DNA of 64,000 nt from Halarcobacter sp. (GTDB taxonomy: Bacteria; Campylobacterota; Campylobacteria; Campylobacterales; Arcobacteraceae): assembly GCA_963676565.1 (NCBI GenBank), contig OY781089.1, positions 544,001-608,000 on the forward strand, written 5' to 3'. The translations under genes were made by a program, and so were the position numbers. Shown here one piece after another: positions 52,461 through 61,553 of the stretch. The notes under the pieces are model-generated. The model saw nothing but the letters and a program-made list of their open reading frames with translations. It was not told the origin of the DNA and made no database searches. The stretch's first letter is position 1; each line of letters starts with the position of its first letter.

Positions 52461-53274
52461 CTCTAACTCTTTTTACAATCTCTTCCATCTGATTATATTC
52501 TATTTCAAGTTCACTTAGTGGTGGAATATTATTATCTCTTTCAATCATAACTGGGGCATCAATTTGCTTAAGTGTATACTCTAAAAGTTTCCAAACTCCA
52601 GAGCATATAGGCATCCCATGGGAATCAATTTTTAACTTTGATTCTTCATCATTATAATGTCCAGCCATATGCATATAGGCAATTTTGCTTTTATCTATTT
52701 CATCTATAAATTTTCTAGCTTTAAAGCCATGATTAACAGAGTTTACAAATACATTGTTTACATCCAAAAGCATTTTTGCACCAGATTTTTCAAATACTTC
52801 ATTAATAAAATCAACTTCTCTCATTTCTGCATAAGGAGTATAATAATAAGTGGCATTTTCAAGTATCAAATTTCTTTGAATAATATCCTCAACTTCTTTT
52901 ATTTTATCACTTATAAAATTAACCATATTTTTTGTCATAGGAACAGGAAGTAATTCATAGGATTGTTTTCCTTCAAGTGAGGAAAAAGAAAGATGTTCAG
53001 AATAGTATTCTATATTATATCTGTCTAAAAAAGTTTTGATCTGTTTGACAAACTTTTTATTTAGCTTGTCAACAGAACCAATAGATAATGATAATCCGTG
53101 GGCTACAGTTGGTCTAGAATTAACTGCTTGCTCAAATGCTTTTTCATAAAGTTTTGGCATATGCATCCAGTTTTCAGGAGTTACCTCCCACCAATCTGGT
53201 TGAAATTTACTCTTTTTTATATCAAGTAAAAAATCACTTCTTAAACCTAAACCGCAACCATTAAGATTTATCAT
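52447..53274 (-). CDS. DUF692 multinuclear non-heme iron oxidase (MNIO)
   Basis: GLGLR, EVTPENW, HGLSLSIG, YSEHLS, LEN, LLDVNNVFVN, HMAGH, IDSHG, IERD. Confidence 0.93.
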   Translation of the reverse strand: MINLNGCGLGLRSDFLLDIKKSKFQPDWWEVTPENWMHMPKLYEKAFEQAVNSRPTVAHGLSLSIGSVDKLNKKFVKQIKTFLDRYNIEYYSEHLSFSSLEGKQSYELLPVPMTKNMVNFISDKIKEVEDIIQRNLILENATYYYTPYAEMREVDFINEVFEKSGAKMLLDVNNVFVNSVNHGFKARKFIDEIDKSKIAYMHMAGHYNDEESKLKIDSHGMPICSGVWKLLEYTLKQIDAPVMIERDNNIPPLSELEIEYNQMEEIVKRVRDAKK

Positions 53275-53288
53275 TATTGTTCACCATT

Positions 53289-53576
53289 TCACCCACATTT
53301 ACCAGCGCCACAAGCACCTTCAACTTTTTTCTTCATATTAGCACCACATTTAGCCATTTCAGTTTTTTTACCTGACTTTCCACTCATCTCATCAGCCATC
53401 TCTTTTTTCTTTTCTCCACCACATTTAGCAGAACCACAAGAACCTTTTTTTTCTATTTTCTTTTCTCCACCACATTTTGAAGATCCACATGACCCACTAC
53501 CTGCATAAGCACCTGTACTTGATAAAGCAGCACCTAAAAGAACTCCAGCTAACTTGATTTTTGTATTTTTTTTCAT
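53289..53576 (-). CDS. Exported Cys-Gly-repeat RiPP precursor (HvfA/oxazolin-like)
   Basis: Sec signal ending AYA; seven CG dipeptides: CGSSKCG, CGSAKCG, KCG, CGAGKCG. Confidence 0.88.
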   Translation of the reverse strand: MKKNTKIKLAGVLLGAALSSTGAYAGSGSCGSSKCGGEKKIEKKGSCGSAKCGGEKKKEMADEMSGKSGKKTEMAKCGANMKKKVEGACGAGKCG

Positions 53577-53610
53577 TGTTTTTTCCTTTTTATATATAAT
53601 TTTATATTAT

Positions 53611-54189
53611 TTATTGTTCAACTGCTTGAACTTCTACAATTAATTTTACTGTTTCACCTACAGCAAAGCCACCAGCTTCTAAAACCTTATTCCATTTTAG
53701 ATCATAATCCATTCTATTTATTTTTCCTTCAAGGGTAAATCCAACTCTGTTGTTACCTTTAAAATCTTTTATTGTTCCAATATCTTCAACTTTCAGTTTT
53801 ACCTCCTTAGTAATTCCTCTAATTGTTAAATCTCCTACCATAACACCTTCATCCCCATCTGCTTTATAAGATTTCATTTTAAATGTTATATTTGGATATT
53901 TCTCTGCCAGAAAAAAATCTTCACTTCTTAGGTGATTATCTCTTTTTTCAATTCCTGTATCAACTGATATAGTTTTCACTGTTGCTTCAAGCATATTAAA
54001 AGATTTTGTTTTATAGTCAAAATCTATTTTTGCATCATAATCAGTAAAATTCCCCTTTACATTTGTAATCATTAAATGTTTTACAGAAAAACCAACTTCA
54101 CTATGAGATTTATCTAAATTATGAGGTGTAGCATTTGCTAATGATAAACCTAAAACTGATGTAAAAAGAAAAGTTTTAATAAGTTTCAT
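53611..54189 (-). CDS. yceI: YceI-family periplasmic lipid/polyisoprenoid-binding protein
   Basis: D.SHS.VGFSVKH, RDNHLRS.DFF, GDLTIRGITK, INR.DY. Confidence 0.92.
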   Translation of the reverse strand: MKLIKTFLFTSVLGLSLANATPHNLDKSHSEVGFSVKHLMITNVKGNFTDYDAKIDFDYKTKSFNMLEATVKTISVDTGIEKRDNHLRSEDFFLAEKYPNITFKMKSYKADGDEGVMVGDLTIRGITKEVKLKVEDIGTIKDFKGNNRVGFTLEGKINRMDYDLKWNKVLEAGGFAVGETVKLIVEVQAVEQ

Positions 54190-54218
54190 TTAGTGCTCCT
54201 TTTTGTTTTGTTATTGGA

Positions 54219-54263
54219 AGTATAATTGAGTTTTGTTAAGTAAGTGTGTAGAGTATGTGTGGA
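54219..54263 (-). promoter_or_regulatory. yceI/RiPP operon promoter with TCCACAC-like direct repeat
   Basis: Minus strand TCCACAC (54263) and TCTACAC (54252); -10 TATACT at 54224. Confidence 0.5.
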
Positions 54264-54296
54264 TTAATTATTTTATTATGTGATATAATATTTGCC

Positions 54297-54956
54297 ATGA
54301 AAATACTACTTTTAGAAGATGATTTAATACTTAATGAAATAGTTGAAGAGTTTTTAATAGACTTAGGTTACGACGTAACAGTTGCATATGATGGTATGCA
54401 TGCCAGTGAGATTATTTATGATGAACATTTTGATTTACTTATTTTAGATGTAAATGTTCCTAATATGACTGGTTTTGAGTTTTTAAAATCCTTAAGGGAT
54501 AATAATATCACTACTCCTGCTATTTTTACTACCTCTTTAGATTCAGTTGATGATGTTGAAGAAGGGTTTAATTCTGGGGCTGATGATTACTTAAAGAAAC
54601 CCTTTGAATTAAAAGAGTTAGAGCTTAGAATTAACAATATAAAAAGACTTTTACATATGGAAGATGATGAGTTAGTTATTGGAGAGAATTTAAAATTTAA
54701 TACAAAACTAAATTTTATTGATAATGATTCAATAAAAACTAAACTTCCATTAAAAGAAGCACAGATTTTAAAATACCTTTTAAACAATACTAATAGATGT
54801 GTATCTCAAGATGAACTAAGTTCAAATATTTGGTCATACGAAGATTCTCCAACTTCATCTACTATTAGAACATATATAAAAAATATTAGAAAAATTGTTG
54901 GAGATGAGTATATAGAAACTATAAAAGGGGTTGGTTATAGATTTAACAAGAAGTGA
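54297..54956 (+). CDS. OmpR-family response regulator (CrdR-like)
   Basis: MKILLLEDD start, LDVNVP, GADDYLKKPF, IRTYIKN, GVGY. Confidence 0.9.
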   Translation: MKILLLEDDLILNEIVEEFLIDLGYDVTVAYDGMHASEIIYDEHFDLLILDVNVPNMTGFEFLKSLRDNNITTPAIFTTSLDSVDDVEEGFNSGADDYLKKPFELKELELRINNIKRLLHMEDDELVIGENLKFNTKLNFIDNDSIKTKLPLKEAQILKYLLNNTNRCVSQDELSSNIWSYEDSPTSSTIRTYIKNIRKIVGDEYIETIKGVGYRFNKK

Positions 54957-56106
54957 AAAAAATACCTTTAGAAGATTTTTAGGACTTTATCTAGGTTCTT
55001 CACTTATTTTACTTAGTATAATATTTTATTTATTTTATAAAATGGAATCTAAACTACAATACGATTTAATCACTTCAAATATGCAAAATGTGGCGAGTAA
55101 AGTATCCTCAAGTATAATTTATGCACATATGGCAAACCTAACAATTGATGCAACAAAATTAACAAATTTTATAAAATACGAATATGCTTTATATGATAAA
55201 CAACATTCAATGTTAATAGGGAATCTTTTAGTTAGTAAAGGCAAAGAGATAGACCTATCAAAAAAACTTCAAAAAGTTGATGATAGTTATGTTTTAGTTG
55301 AAAGTTCACCTAAGGGGCATTTAGGTGTTTACCATATTGTAATTAAGGAAAATATTTATCATGGAAGAATAGAAGCCTTACTTGAAAAACTCTATTTTTA
55401 TTTCTTTTTGACTTTTTCTGCTATTGCTGTTATTGCTTATTATTTAGCAGGGATGTTTATTGCCCCAATTATTAATGAGAGAAAAAAATTAAACAATTTT
55501 ATCAAAGATACAACCCATGAATTAAATACTCCTATTACAGCTATTTTAATGAGTACAGGAAAAGGTGCACCAGCAACAGAAAAAAATCTACAAAGGATAA
55601 ATCTAAGTGCAAAAAGAATTTCTGAAATCTATAAAGATTTAGTGTATTTATTTTTGCAAGATAATAAAAAATCTAAGAAGTTAACAGAGTTAAACCTTGA
55701 TGAGATAATAGTTGAGCAACTTGAATATTTTGATTCTTTTGCTTCTAAGAAAAGATTAAAAATCACTTCAGATTTAGAGCCAACAAAATTTACAATTGAT
55801 AAAGAAAACTTTATTAGACTGTTTAATAATCTAGTTTCAAATGCTATAAAATATAACACCATAGGTGGTTCGATTGATATAGAACTAAAAAATAGTGTTC
55901 TAAAAATCAAAGATACAGGTATTGGTATTGCTGAAGATAAACTTGAAGATATTTTTAATAGATATTTTAGAGCTACAAAAGAGCAGGGTGGTTTTGGTAT
56001 TGGATTAAATATTGTTTATCATATTTGTAAAACTTACAATATAAGTATTGATGTTGAATCAAAAGAGAAAGAGGGTACTACTTTTACTTTAGATTTTAAA
56101 GGTTAA
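54931..56106 (+). CDS. Sensor histidine kinase (CrdS-like)
   Basis: Two TMs, FIKDTTHELNTP, NAIKY, GGFGIGL. Confidence 0.9.
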   Translation: MVIDLTRSEKNTFRRFLGLYLGSSLILLSIIFYLFYKMESKLQYDLITSNMQNVASKVSSSIIYAHMANLTIDATKLTNFIKYEYALYDKQHSMLIGNLLVSKGKEIDLSKKLQKVDDSYVLVESSPKGHLGVYHIVIKENIYHGRIEALLEKLYFYFFLTFSAIAVIAYYLAGMFIAPIINERKKLNNFIKDTTHELNTPITAILMSTGKGAPATEKNLQRINLSAKRISEIYKDLVYLFLQDNKKSKKLTELNLDEIIVEQLEYFDSFASKKRLKITSDLEPTKFTIDKENFIRLFNNLVSNAIKYNTIGGSIDIELKNSVLKIKDTGIGIAEDKLEDIFNRYFRATKEQGGFGIGLNIVYHICKTYNISIDVESKEKEGTTFTLDFKG

Positions 56107-56755
56107 GTTTATACCCAATTGCTTTAATATTTAAAATTTTTTCTTTACCCAATATTTTACGAAGATTTTTTATATAAGTTCTAATAGTAGTATCAGTTGG
56201 AACTTCATCATAAACCCAATTATTGTTTGCAATCTCCTCTATTGATACAGCTTTATTTTTATTTTTTAAAAGATATTCAAAAACCTTTGCTTCCATTTTT
56301 GAAAGTCTTGTATTTGTTTCATTACTAAGTAATGTTTTACTATCAAAATCATATTCTATCGCATTTGTTAGTTTTGTTTTTCCATTGTTTTCTATTTGTC
56401 TTAGTCTTTTTATATTGTTTATTCTAAGCTCTAATTCACTTAAATGAAAAGGTTTTTTTATATAATCATCAGCCCCCGCATCAAAACCATTTTTCATATC
56501 ATTAGAAGTGTGTAAAGAGGTGATATAAATAGTAGGGATATCAATAGAGTTTTCTTTTAAACTTTTTAATAAATCTAAGCCATTTATTGAGGGTACATTT
56601 ACATCTAATAAAAGTAGATCAAAGCTATTTTCATAAATAGCTTCAAGTGCATCTTGACCATCATAAGTAGTTATAACTTCATAGTTTAAATCAAGTAAAA
56701 ACTCTTCAATTATCTCATTTAATAAGGTGTCATCTTCAAGTAATAAAACCTTCAT
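56096..56755 (-). CDS. OmpR-family response regulator, paralogue of 54297
   Basis: MKVLLLEDD, LDVNVP, TIRTYIKNLRK. Confidence 0.9.
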   Translation of the reverse strand: MKVLLLEDDTLLNEIIEEFLLDLNYEVITTYDGQDALEAIYENSFDLLLLDVNVPSINGLDLLKSLKENSIDIPTIYITSLHTSNDMKNGFDAGADDYIKKPFHLSELELRINNIKRLRQIENNGKTKLTNAIEYDFDSKTLLSNETNTRLSKMEAKVFEYLLKNKNKAVSIEEIANNNWVYDEVPTDTTIRTYIKNLRKILGKEKILNIKAIGYKLNL

Positions 56756-56820
56756 TTATTATCCTAAATTCTCCAATTTTTCTAAGTATATCATTAGTTT
56801 TATATTTAAAGATTAAATTT

Positions 56821-56852
56821 TCCATACTTTTTCCACGCTAAAAAGTCATAAT
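56821..56852 (+). promoter_or_regulatory. Promoter with TCCAY direct repeat upstream of the cytochrome c-copG genes
   Basis: TCCATAC-TTTT-TCCACGC; -10 CATAAT at 56847. Confidence 0.55.
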
Positions 56853-56877
56853 TCCAAAGTTTTAATAAAGGCACTAA

Positions 56878-57171
56878 ATGAGAAATCTATTAATTTTTTT
56901 TATTTTTGTAACAAATCTATTTTCCCTTGATGAAGGAGCTGTTTTATATAGTTCATGTAAATTTTGTCATGGAAATAAAGCAGAAAAGATTTATATGGAT
57001 GCGATACCTTCACTTAGAGATTCAAATATTAACACTTTAATCAAAAAACTAGAAGGGTATAAAGCAGGAACTATTAACGACTACGGTTTTGGGGAGATTA
57101 TGAAACAGCAAATGAAAAATATCCCGGATGAAAAGATAACAACTTTAGCAAAATATATAAAGAACTTATAA
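56878..57171 (+). CDS. Small c553-like cytochrome c
   Basis: Signal peptide, CKFCH heme motif, distal Met. Confidence 0.88.
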   Translation: MRNLLIFFIFVTNLFSLDEGAVLYSSCKFCHGNKAEKIYMDAIPSLRDSNINTLIKKLEGYKAGTINDYGFGEIMKQQMKNIPDEKITTLAKYIKNL

Positions 57172-57181
57172 AGGAAATAAA

Positions 57182-57610
57182 ATGAAAAAAACATTACTTG
57201 TAACTGTGTTTGCAGCTACATTAAGCTTCGCTCAAACTGCAAAAGAGATGATTGTATATAAAACTCCATATTGTGGCTGTTGTACAAAATGGACTGAAAT
57301 AATGCAGAAAAATGGAATTAATGTAAAAGTAAGAATGGTAAACGATGTAAATAGGGTAAATAATAAACTTGGTATTGATTCATCTTTAGCTTCTTGTCAT
57401 ACAGCTATTATTGACGATTATATTGTAATTGGTCATGTTGATTATTCAGCTGTGAAAAAAATGTTAGAGGAAAAACCTGATATTTATGGAATCACTGTTC
57501 CTGGTATGCCAATAGGAAGCCCAGGAATGGAACAAGGAGATGTAAAACAAGCTTATAATGTTTTATCTATTAAAAAAGATGGTTCTACAGCAATTTATGA
57601 AAAACACTAG
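57182..57610 (+). CDS. copG: DUF411/CopG periplasmic copper protein
   Basis: CGCC, SCHTA, GHV and VPGMPIGSPGME motifs. Confidence 0.88.
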   Translation: MKKTLLVTVFAATLSFAQTAKEMIVYKTPYCGCCTKWTEIMQKNGINVKVRMVNDVNRVNNKLGIDSSLASCHTAIIDDYIVIGHVDYSAVKKMLEEKPDIYGITVPGMPIGSPGMEQGDVKQAYNVLSIKKDGSTAIYEKH

Positions 57611-57722
57611 ATAGAAAAGATTATGAAAAAAAAGAGATTTTGTAAAGCTATGAATACAAGGTTTTGTAGCGACACTTTTATACCAAATACTCTATTATGA
57701 TATAATCTTCAGAAATTTTATT

Positions 57723-58883
57723 TTGGAGATTATTATCGATTTAACTAGAAATGAAAAGAGGACATTTTATAGGTTTTTTGGACTATATTTAGGTGGTTCA
57801 TTATTTTTAATGATGTTAATAGCAATACTTTATTACCAAAATGAAAAAAAACTATATTTTTATTTAACAAAAACAAAAATGCAAAATGTTGTTTCAAATA
57901 TCTCTTCAAGAATTATCTTTGCTCATATGAGCGATAGTTCTTTAGACTTAAAACAGTTTTTAAAAAACGATATTTATAAAATCTCTTTTTATGATAAAGA
58001 TAAAAATTTGATTATTGGTAATTTAAATGAAAAAATTGATTTTACAAAACAATTTATTCAAAATGAACAAAATTTTACACTAGTTAATGACTCTACTTAT
58101 GGGCATTTGGGTGTTTCTTATATTGTAATTCAAGAAAACCTTTTATTTAAAAGTTTAAAAAAAATGCAAGTAGATATTATCACTTTATTTTTGATTGTAT
58201 ATTCTATTTTAGCTTTAATCGGTTTCTTTCTTGCGAAACTTCTTATTAAACCAATAAAAGATGAAAGGGAAAAACTCAACAATTTTATAAAAGATACAAC
58301 CCATGAGTTAAATACTCCTATTAGTGCAATTTTGATGTCAAGTGAGAGTGAAGAATTGACTAAAAAACAGATAAAAAGAATTCAATTAGCAGCTAATAAA
58401 ATCTCTGAAATATATAAAGATTTAACTTATGTTTTTTTAGAAGATAATTCAGATAAGGAAGATTTTAAAGAGATAAATCTTAAAGAGATAATCACTTCAC
58501 AGTTAAAATATTTTGAAGCCTTAGCAGAGAGGAAAAAAATATCAATATCTACTTTTTTAGAGGATACAAACTATTTTATTGATGAAAATGATTTTATTAG
58601 ATTATTTAATAACTTGCTTTCAAATGCTGTAAAATATAATAAAATGAAAGGTTCAATTTTTATAGAACTAAAAAATAAAACTCTTACAATAAAAGATACT
58701 GGTATAGGTATAGAAGAGAAAAAAATTAATGATATTTTTAACAGATACTTTAGAGCTACAACTCAAAGTGGAGGTTTTGGAATAGGGCTTAATATTGTAA
58801 AAAATATTACTACTAAATACAATATTGATATTCAGGTTGATTCTAAAGTTAATGAGGGTACAACTTTTACTTTAAAGTTTTAA
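57723..58883 (+). CDS. Sensor histidine kinase, paralogue of 54931
   Basis: IDLTRNEK N-terminus, FAHM, GHLG, FIKDTTHELNTP. Confidence 0.9.
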   Translation: MEIIIDLTRNEKRTFYRFFGLYLGGSLFLMMLIAILYYQNEKKLYFYLTKTKMQNVVSNISSRIIFAHMSDSSLDLKQFLKNDIYKISFYDKDKNLIIGNLNEKIDFTKQFIQNEQNFTLVNDSTYGHLGVSYIVIQENLLFKSLKKMQVDIITLFLIVYSILALIGFFLAKLLIKPIKDEREKLNNFIKDTTHELNTPISAILMSSESEELTKKQIKRIQLAANKISEIYKDLTYVFLEDNSDKEDFKEINLKEIITSQLKYFEALAERKKISISTFLEDTNYFIDENDFIRLFNNLLSNAVKYNKMKGSIFIELKNKTLTIKDTGIGIEEKKINDIFNRYFRATTQSGGFGIGLNIVKNITTKYNIDIQVDSKVNEGTTFTLKF

Positions 58884-58893
58884 TCTCTTTTCT

Positions 58894-58925
58894 TCCACAC
58901 TTTTTCCCCATTAGATTTTTATACT
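58894..58925 (+). promoter_or_regulatory. Promoter of the crdA-efflux operon with direct repeat
   Basis: TCCACAC-TTTT-TCCCCAT; -10 TATACT at 58920. Confidence 0.55.
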
Positions 58926-58951
58926 TCGTTAAATTTTTTAAAGGAGTAAAA

Positions 58952-59332
58952 ATGAAATTAGTAAAATTAATTTCTATTTTAGCGCTTACTGTTGGTCTTT
59001 TATGGGCTGAACCAATTAATCTTTCTGGTAAAAAAGATGGATATGATGTAAATTTAGTATCAGAAAAATCATTAGTTGTTGGGGATAATATCTTTTATGT
59101 AACACTTTCAAAAGATGGTAAAGCATTAGAAGATGCAAAAGTTAAAGCAAAATTTTTCATGCCAGAGATGCCAGGTATGCCTTATATGGAGCAAGTAGGA
59201 AAAGCAGAATTAGTTGATGGTAAATATAAAATATTAATCAACTTTTCAATGAGTGGAACTTGGCAATACCATTTAATGTTTAAAACAGCAGATGGCGAAG
59301 TTCATAAAATTAGATCAAGTGTAAATCTATAA
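58952..59332 (+). CDS. crdA: Copper resistance protein, CrdA-like (YtkA/FixH fold)
   Basis: Signal peptide; FMPEMPGMP.M and SM.GTWQ motifs as recalled for Helicobacter CrdA; same operon order. Confidence 0.75.
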   Translation: MKLVKLISILALTVGLLWAEPINLSGKKDGYDVNLVSEKSLVVGDNIFYVTLSKDGKALEDAKVKAKFFMPEMPGMPYMEQVGKAELVDGKYKILINFSMSGTWQYHLMFKTADGEVHKIRSSVNL

Positions 59333-59340
59333 GAGTTACC

Positions 59341-60543
59341 ATGTTAAAAAAATCTTTAGTTATCGCTTCATTTTTTGTAATAACATCAAATGCCCAAACC
59401 CTTGACAATTTAGTTAACTCTTTACTTGAGAAAAACTATACGTTAAAAGAAATTAATAGCTCTACTGATGTTTTAAAAGAACAAATCTCTTTATCTTATA
59501 AGTGGAATAATCCAATTTTATCTTTTGGAGCTACAGACTTACAATTAAATGATATAACAAAAAGGGATAAAGAGCCTATGCAGGCACATTTTGTAGGAAT
59601 TACACAAAATATACCCCTAGGCGATAAACTAGAGATTTCAAAAAATATTGCAGTTGATGATTATGAAATATCTAAACTTCAACTAGAAGATAAAAAGCTA
59701 GAGTTAAAAGCTTTAGTTTATGAATACGCTTTTAAAATTAAGCTCATTGAAGAGAGATTAGCTTTATTTGAAGAGTTTAAAACAAATACAAAAAAACTTG
59801 AATCTCTTCTTCAAAATCTTTATAAATATAATAAAGCTTCTCAAGAACAGATTATCAATACACAAATTATATATAAAGAATTAAAATTAAACTCTTCAAA
59901 ACTTACAAGGGCACTTAATAGTTTAAAACTAAAACTAGAAAATCTTACCTATGAAAAAATTGATACAATTGATTTTGATACAAGTTTAGAAGAAAAGAAT
60001 ATTTCTATTGATATCTCAAGTCATCCAAAAATTTTAGAACTAAATAAACTTATAGAAAAAAGTTCAAAAATCTCTTCATTAGAAGAGGAAAAAAAATACT
60101 CAGATATAAAAACGAATCTAACATATTTCCAAAGGGATGAAAAATTTGAAGATTATGTTAATTTATCTTTTGCCATTCCACTTTCAGTTTATGGAAATGA
60201 AGATATAAAAGCTACAAAAGCAAAATTAAAATCTGTACAACTAAAACATAAATTAGAAGATATAAAATTTAATTTTAAAAATAAAATTGAAACAATTAAA
60301 CAAAATTTAAATGACTCACTAATAACTTTTAATATTATTCAAAAAGAGATTCTTCCAAAACAAGAAGAGTTACAAAAAATACTTGAAAACTATAATACAA
60401 CTTTAATGTATAAAAAAATCGATACAAGAGTATTAATAAAAAACCAAAATGAAATAATCAAATATAAATTAAAAGCCATTGATGAAAAAGAGAATTATTT
60501 CACTTCATTGGCAAAAACTTATTATTTTGACAAGGATTTATGA
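59341..60543 (+). CDS. TolC-family outer-membrane efflux protein (CrdB/CusC role)
   Basis: Signal peptide, coiled coils, ..QNIPL and FAIPL; located in the RND operon. Confidence 0.82.
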   Translation: MLKKSLVIASFFVITSNAQTLDNLVNSLLEKNYTLKEINSSTDVLKEQISLSYKWNNPILSFGATDLQLNDITKRDKEPMQAHFVGITQNIPLGDKLEISKNIAVDDYEISKLQLEDKKLELKALVYEYAFKIKLIEERLALFEEFKTNTKKLESLLQNLYKYNKASQEQIINTQIIYKELKLNSSKLTRALNSLKLKLENLTYEKIDTIDFDTSLEEKNISIDISSHPKILELNKLIEKSSKISSLEEEKKYSDIKTNLTYFQRDEKFEDYVNLSFAIPLSVYGNEDIKATKAKLKSVQLKHKLEDIKFNFKNKIETIKQNLNDSLITFNIIQKEILPKQEELQKILENYNTTLMYKKIDTRVLIKNQNEIIKYKLKAIDEKENYFTSLAKTYYFDKDL

Positions 60544-61544
60544 TGAAAAGACTCATACTATCCCTAGTATTGGGCTTTGCAGTACTAAATGCTCAAATTC
60601 TTGAAGTTGAGCAGTTGTTCAATAAAAAGCTTACAGAAGTAAAAAAAGAGCAAATAGGTACCTTAAAAAGCTTTTATGGGCATATGAAGATTAATGAAAC
60701 AAAAATTTATGATATTGTTACTAGATTCGATGGATATATAACAAAACTTGATGCAAATGAGCAATATAAATTTGTAAAAAAAGGTGAATCTTTATTTTCT
60801 CTTTATTCAGATGAGATAAACTCAATTTCGCAAGAGATAAAGATTGCAAAAAGAATTAACAAGAATTTACTAAAGGGAAATATTGAAAAATTAAAATCTT
60901 TAGATTTAGATAAAAAAAATATTAATAAAATTGTAAATTCAAAAAATGTAATTAAAGAAATATCTATTTATTCTCCAATTGATTCTATAATATTAAATAA
61001 AAGTATAAATAATGGAAGTTTTGTAAAAAAAGGGAAACTACTTTTACAACTTGCACCTTTAGATGAACTTTTGTTTATAGCTTCTGTTTATCAAAAAGAT
61101 TTAACATTTTTAAAAGAGGGAATGGAAGCAAAAATCACTGTTGATGGATTTGAAAAACCAGTTATTTCAAAAGTTGATAAGATTTATCCAAATATTGATT
61201 TAAAAACTAAAACTGTAGATGTAAGATTTATTATTCCAAATGAAGATTTAAAACTGTTTCCAAATATGTTTGCAAAAGTTTTAATAAGAGATACCCAAAA
61301 AGAGATTTTAACTTTACCTAAAACTGCTGTTTTATCTAAAGGGGATAAATATTATGCTTTTGAACAACTATCAAAATCACAGTTTGAACCAATAGAAATA
61401 AAAGCAAAAAGAATCTCTTCAAATAAATATGAGATACTTGATGGTTTAAAAGAGGGACAAAAAGTAGTTGATAATGCATTATTCTTACTTGATTCAGATG
61501 CAATTACAAATGGACTATATAGTTCAGATGATGATGACTGGTAG
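60540..61544 (+). CDS. cusB: Heavy-metal RND periplasmic adaptor (CusB/CzcB)
   Basis: RFDGYI..L, VKKGE.L, L.PNMFA, GLKEG.KVV..A.FLLDS. Confidence 0.85.
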   Translation: MMKRLILSLVLGFAVLNAQILEVEQLFNKKLTEVKKEQIGTLKSFYGHMKINETKIYDIVTRFDGYITKLDANEQYKFVKKGESLFSLYSDEINSISQEIKIAKRINKNLLKGNIEKLKSLDLDKKNINKIVNSKNVIKEISIYSPIDSIILNKSINNGSFVKKGKLLLQLAPLDELLFIASVYQKDLTFLKEGMEAKITVDGFEKPVISKVDKIYPNIDLKTKTVDVRFIIPNEDLKLFPNMFAKVLIRDTQKEILTLPKTAVLSKGDKYYAFEQLSKSQFEPIEIKAKRISSNKYEILDGLKEGQKVVDNALFLLDSDAITNGLYSSDDDDW

Positions 61545-61553
61545 GATTAAATC

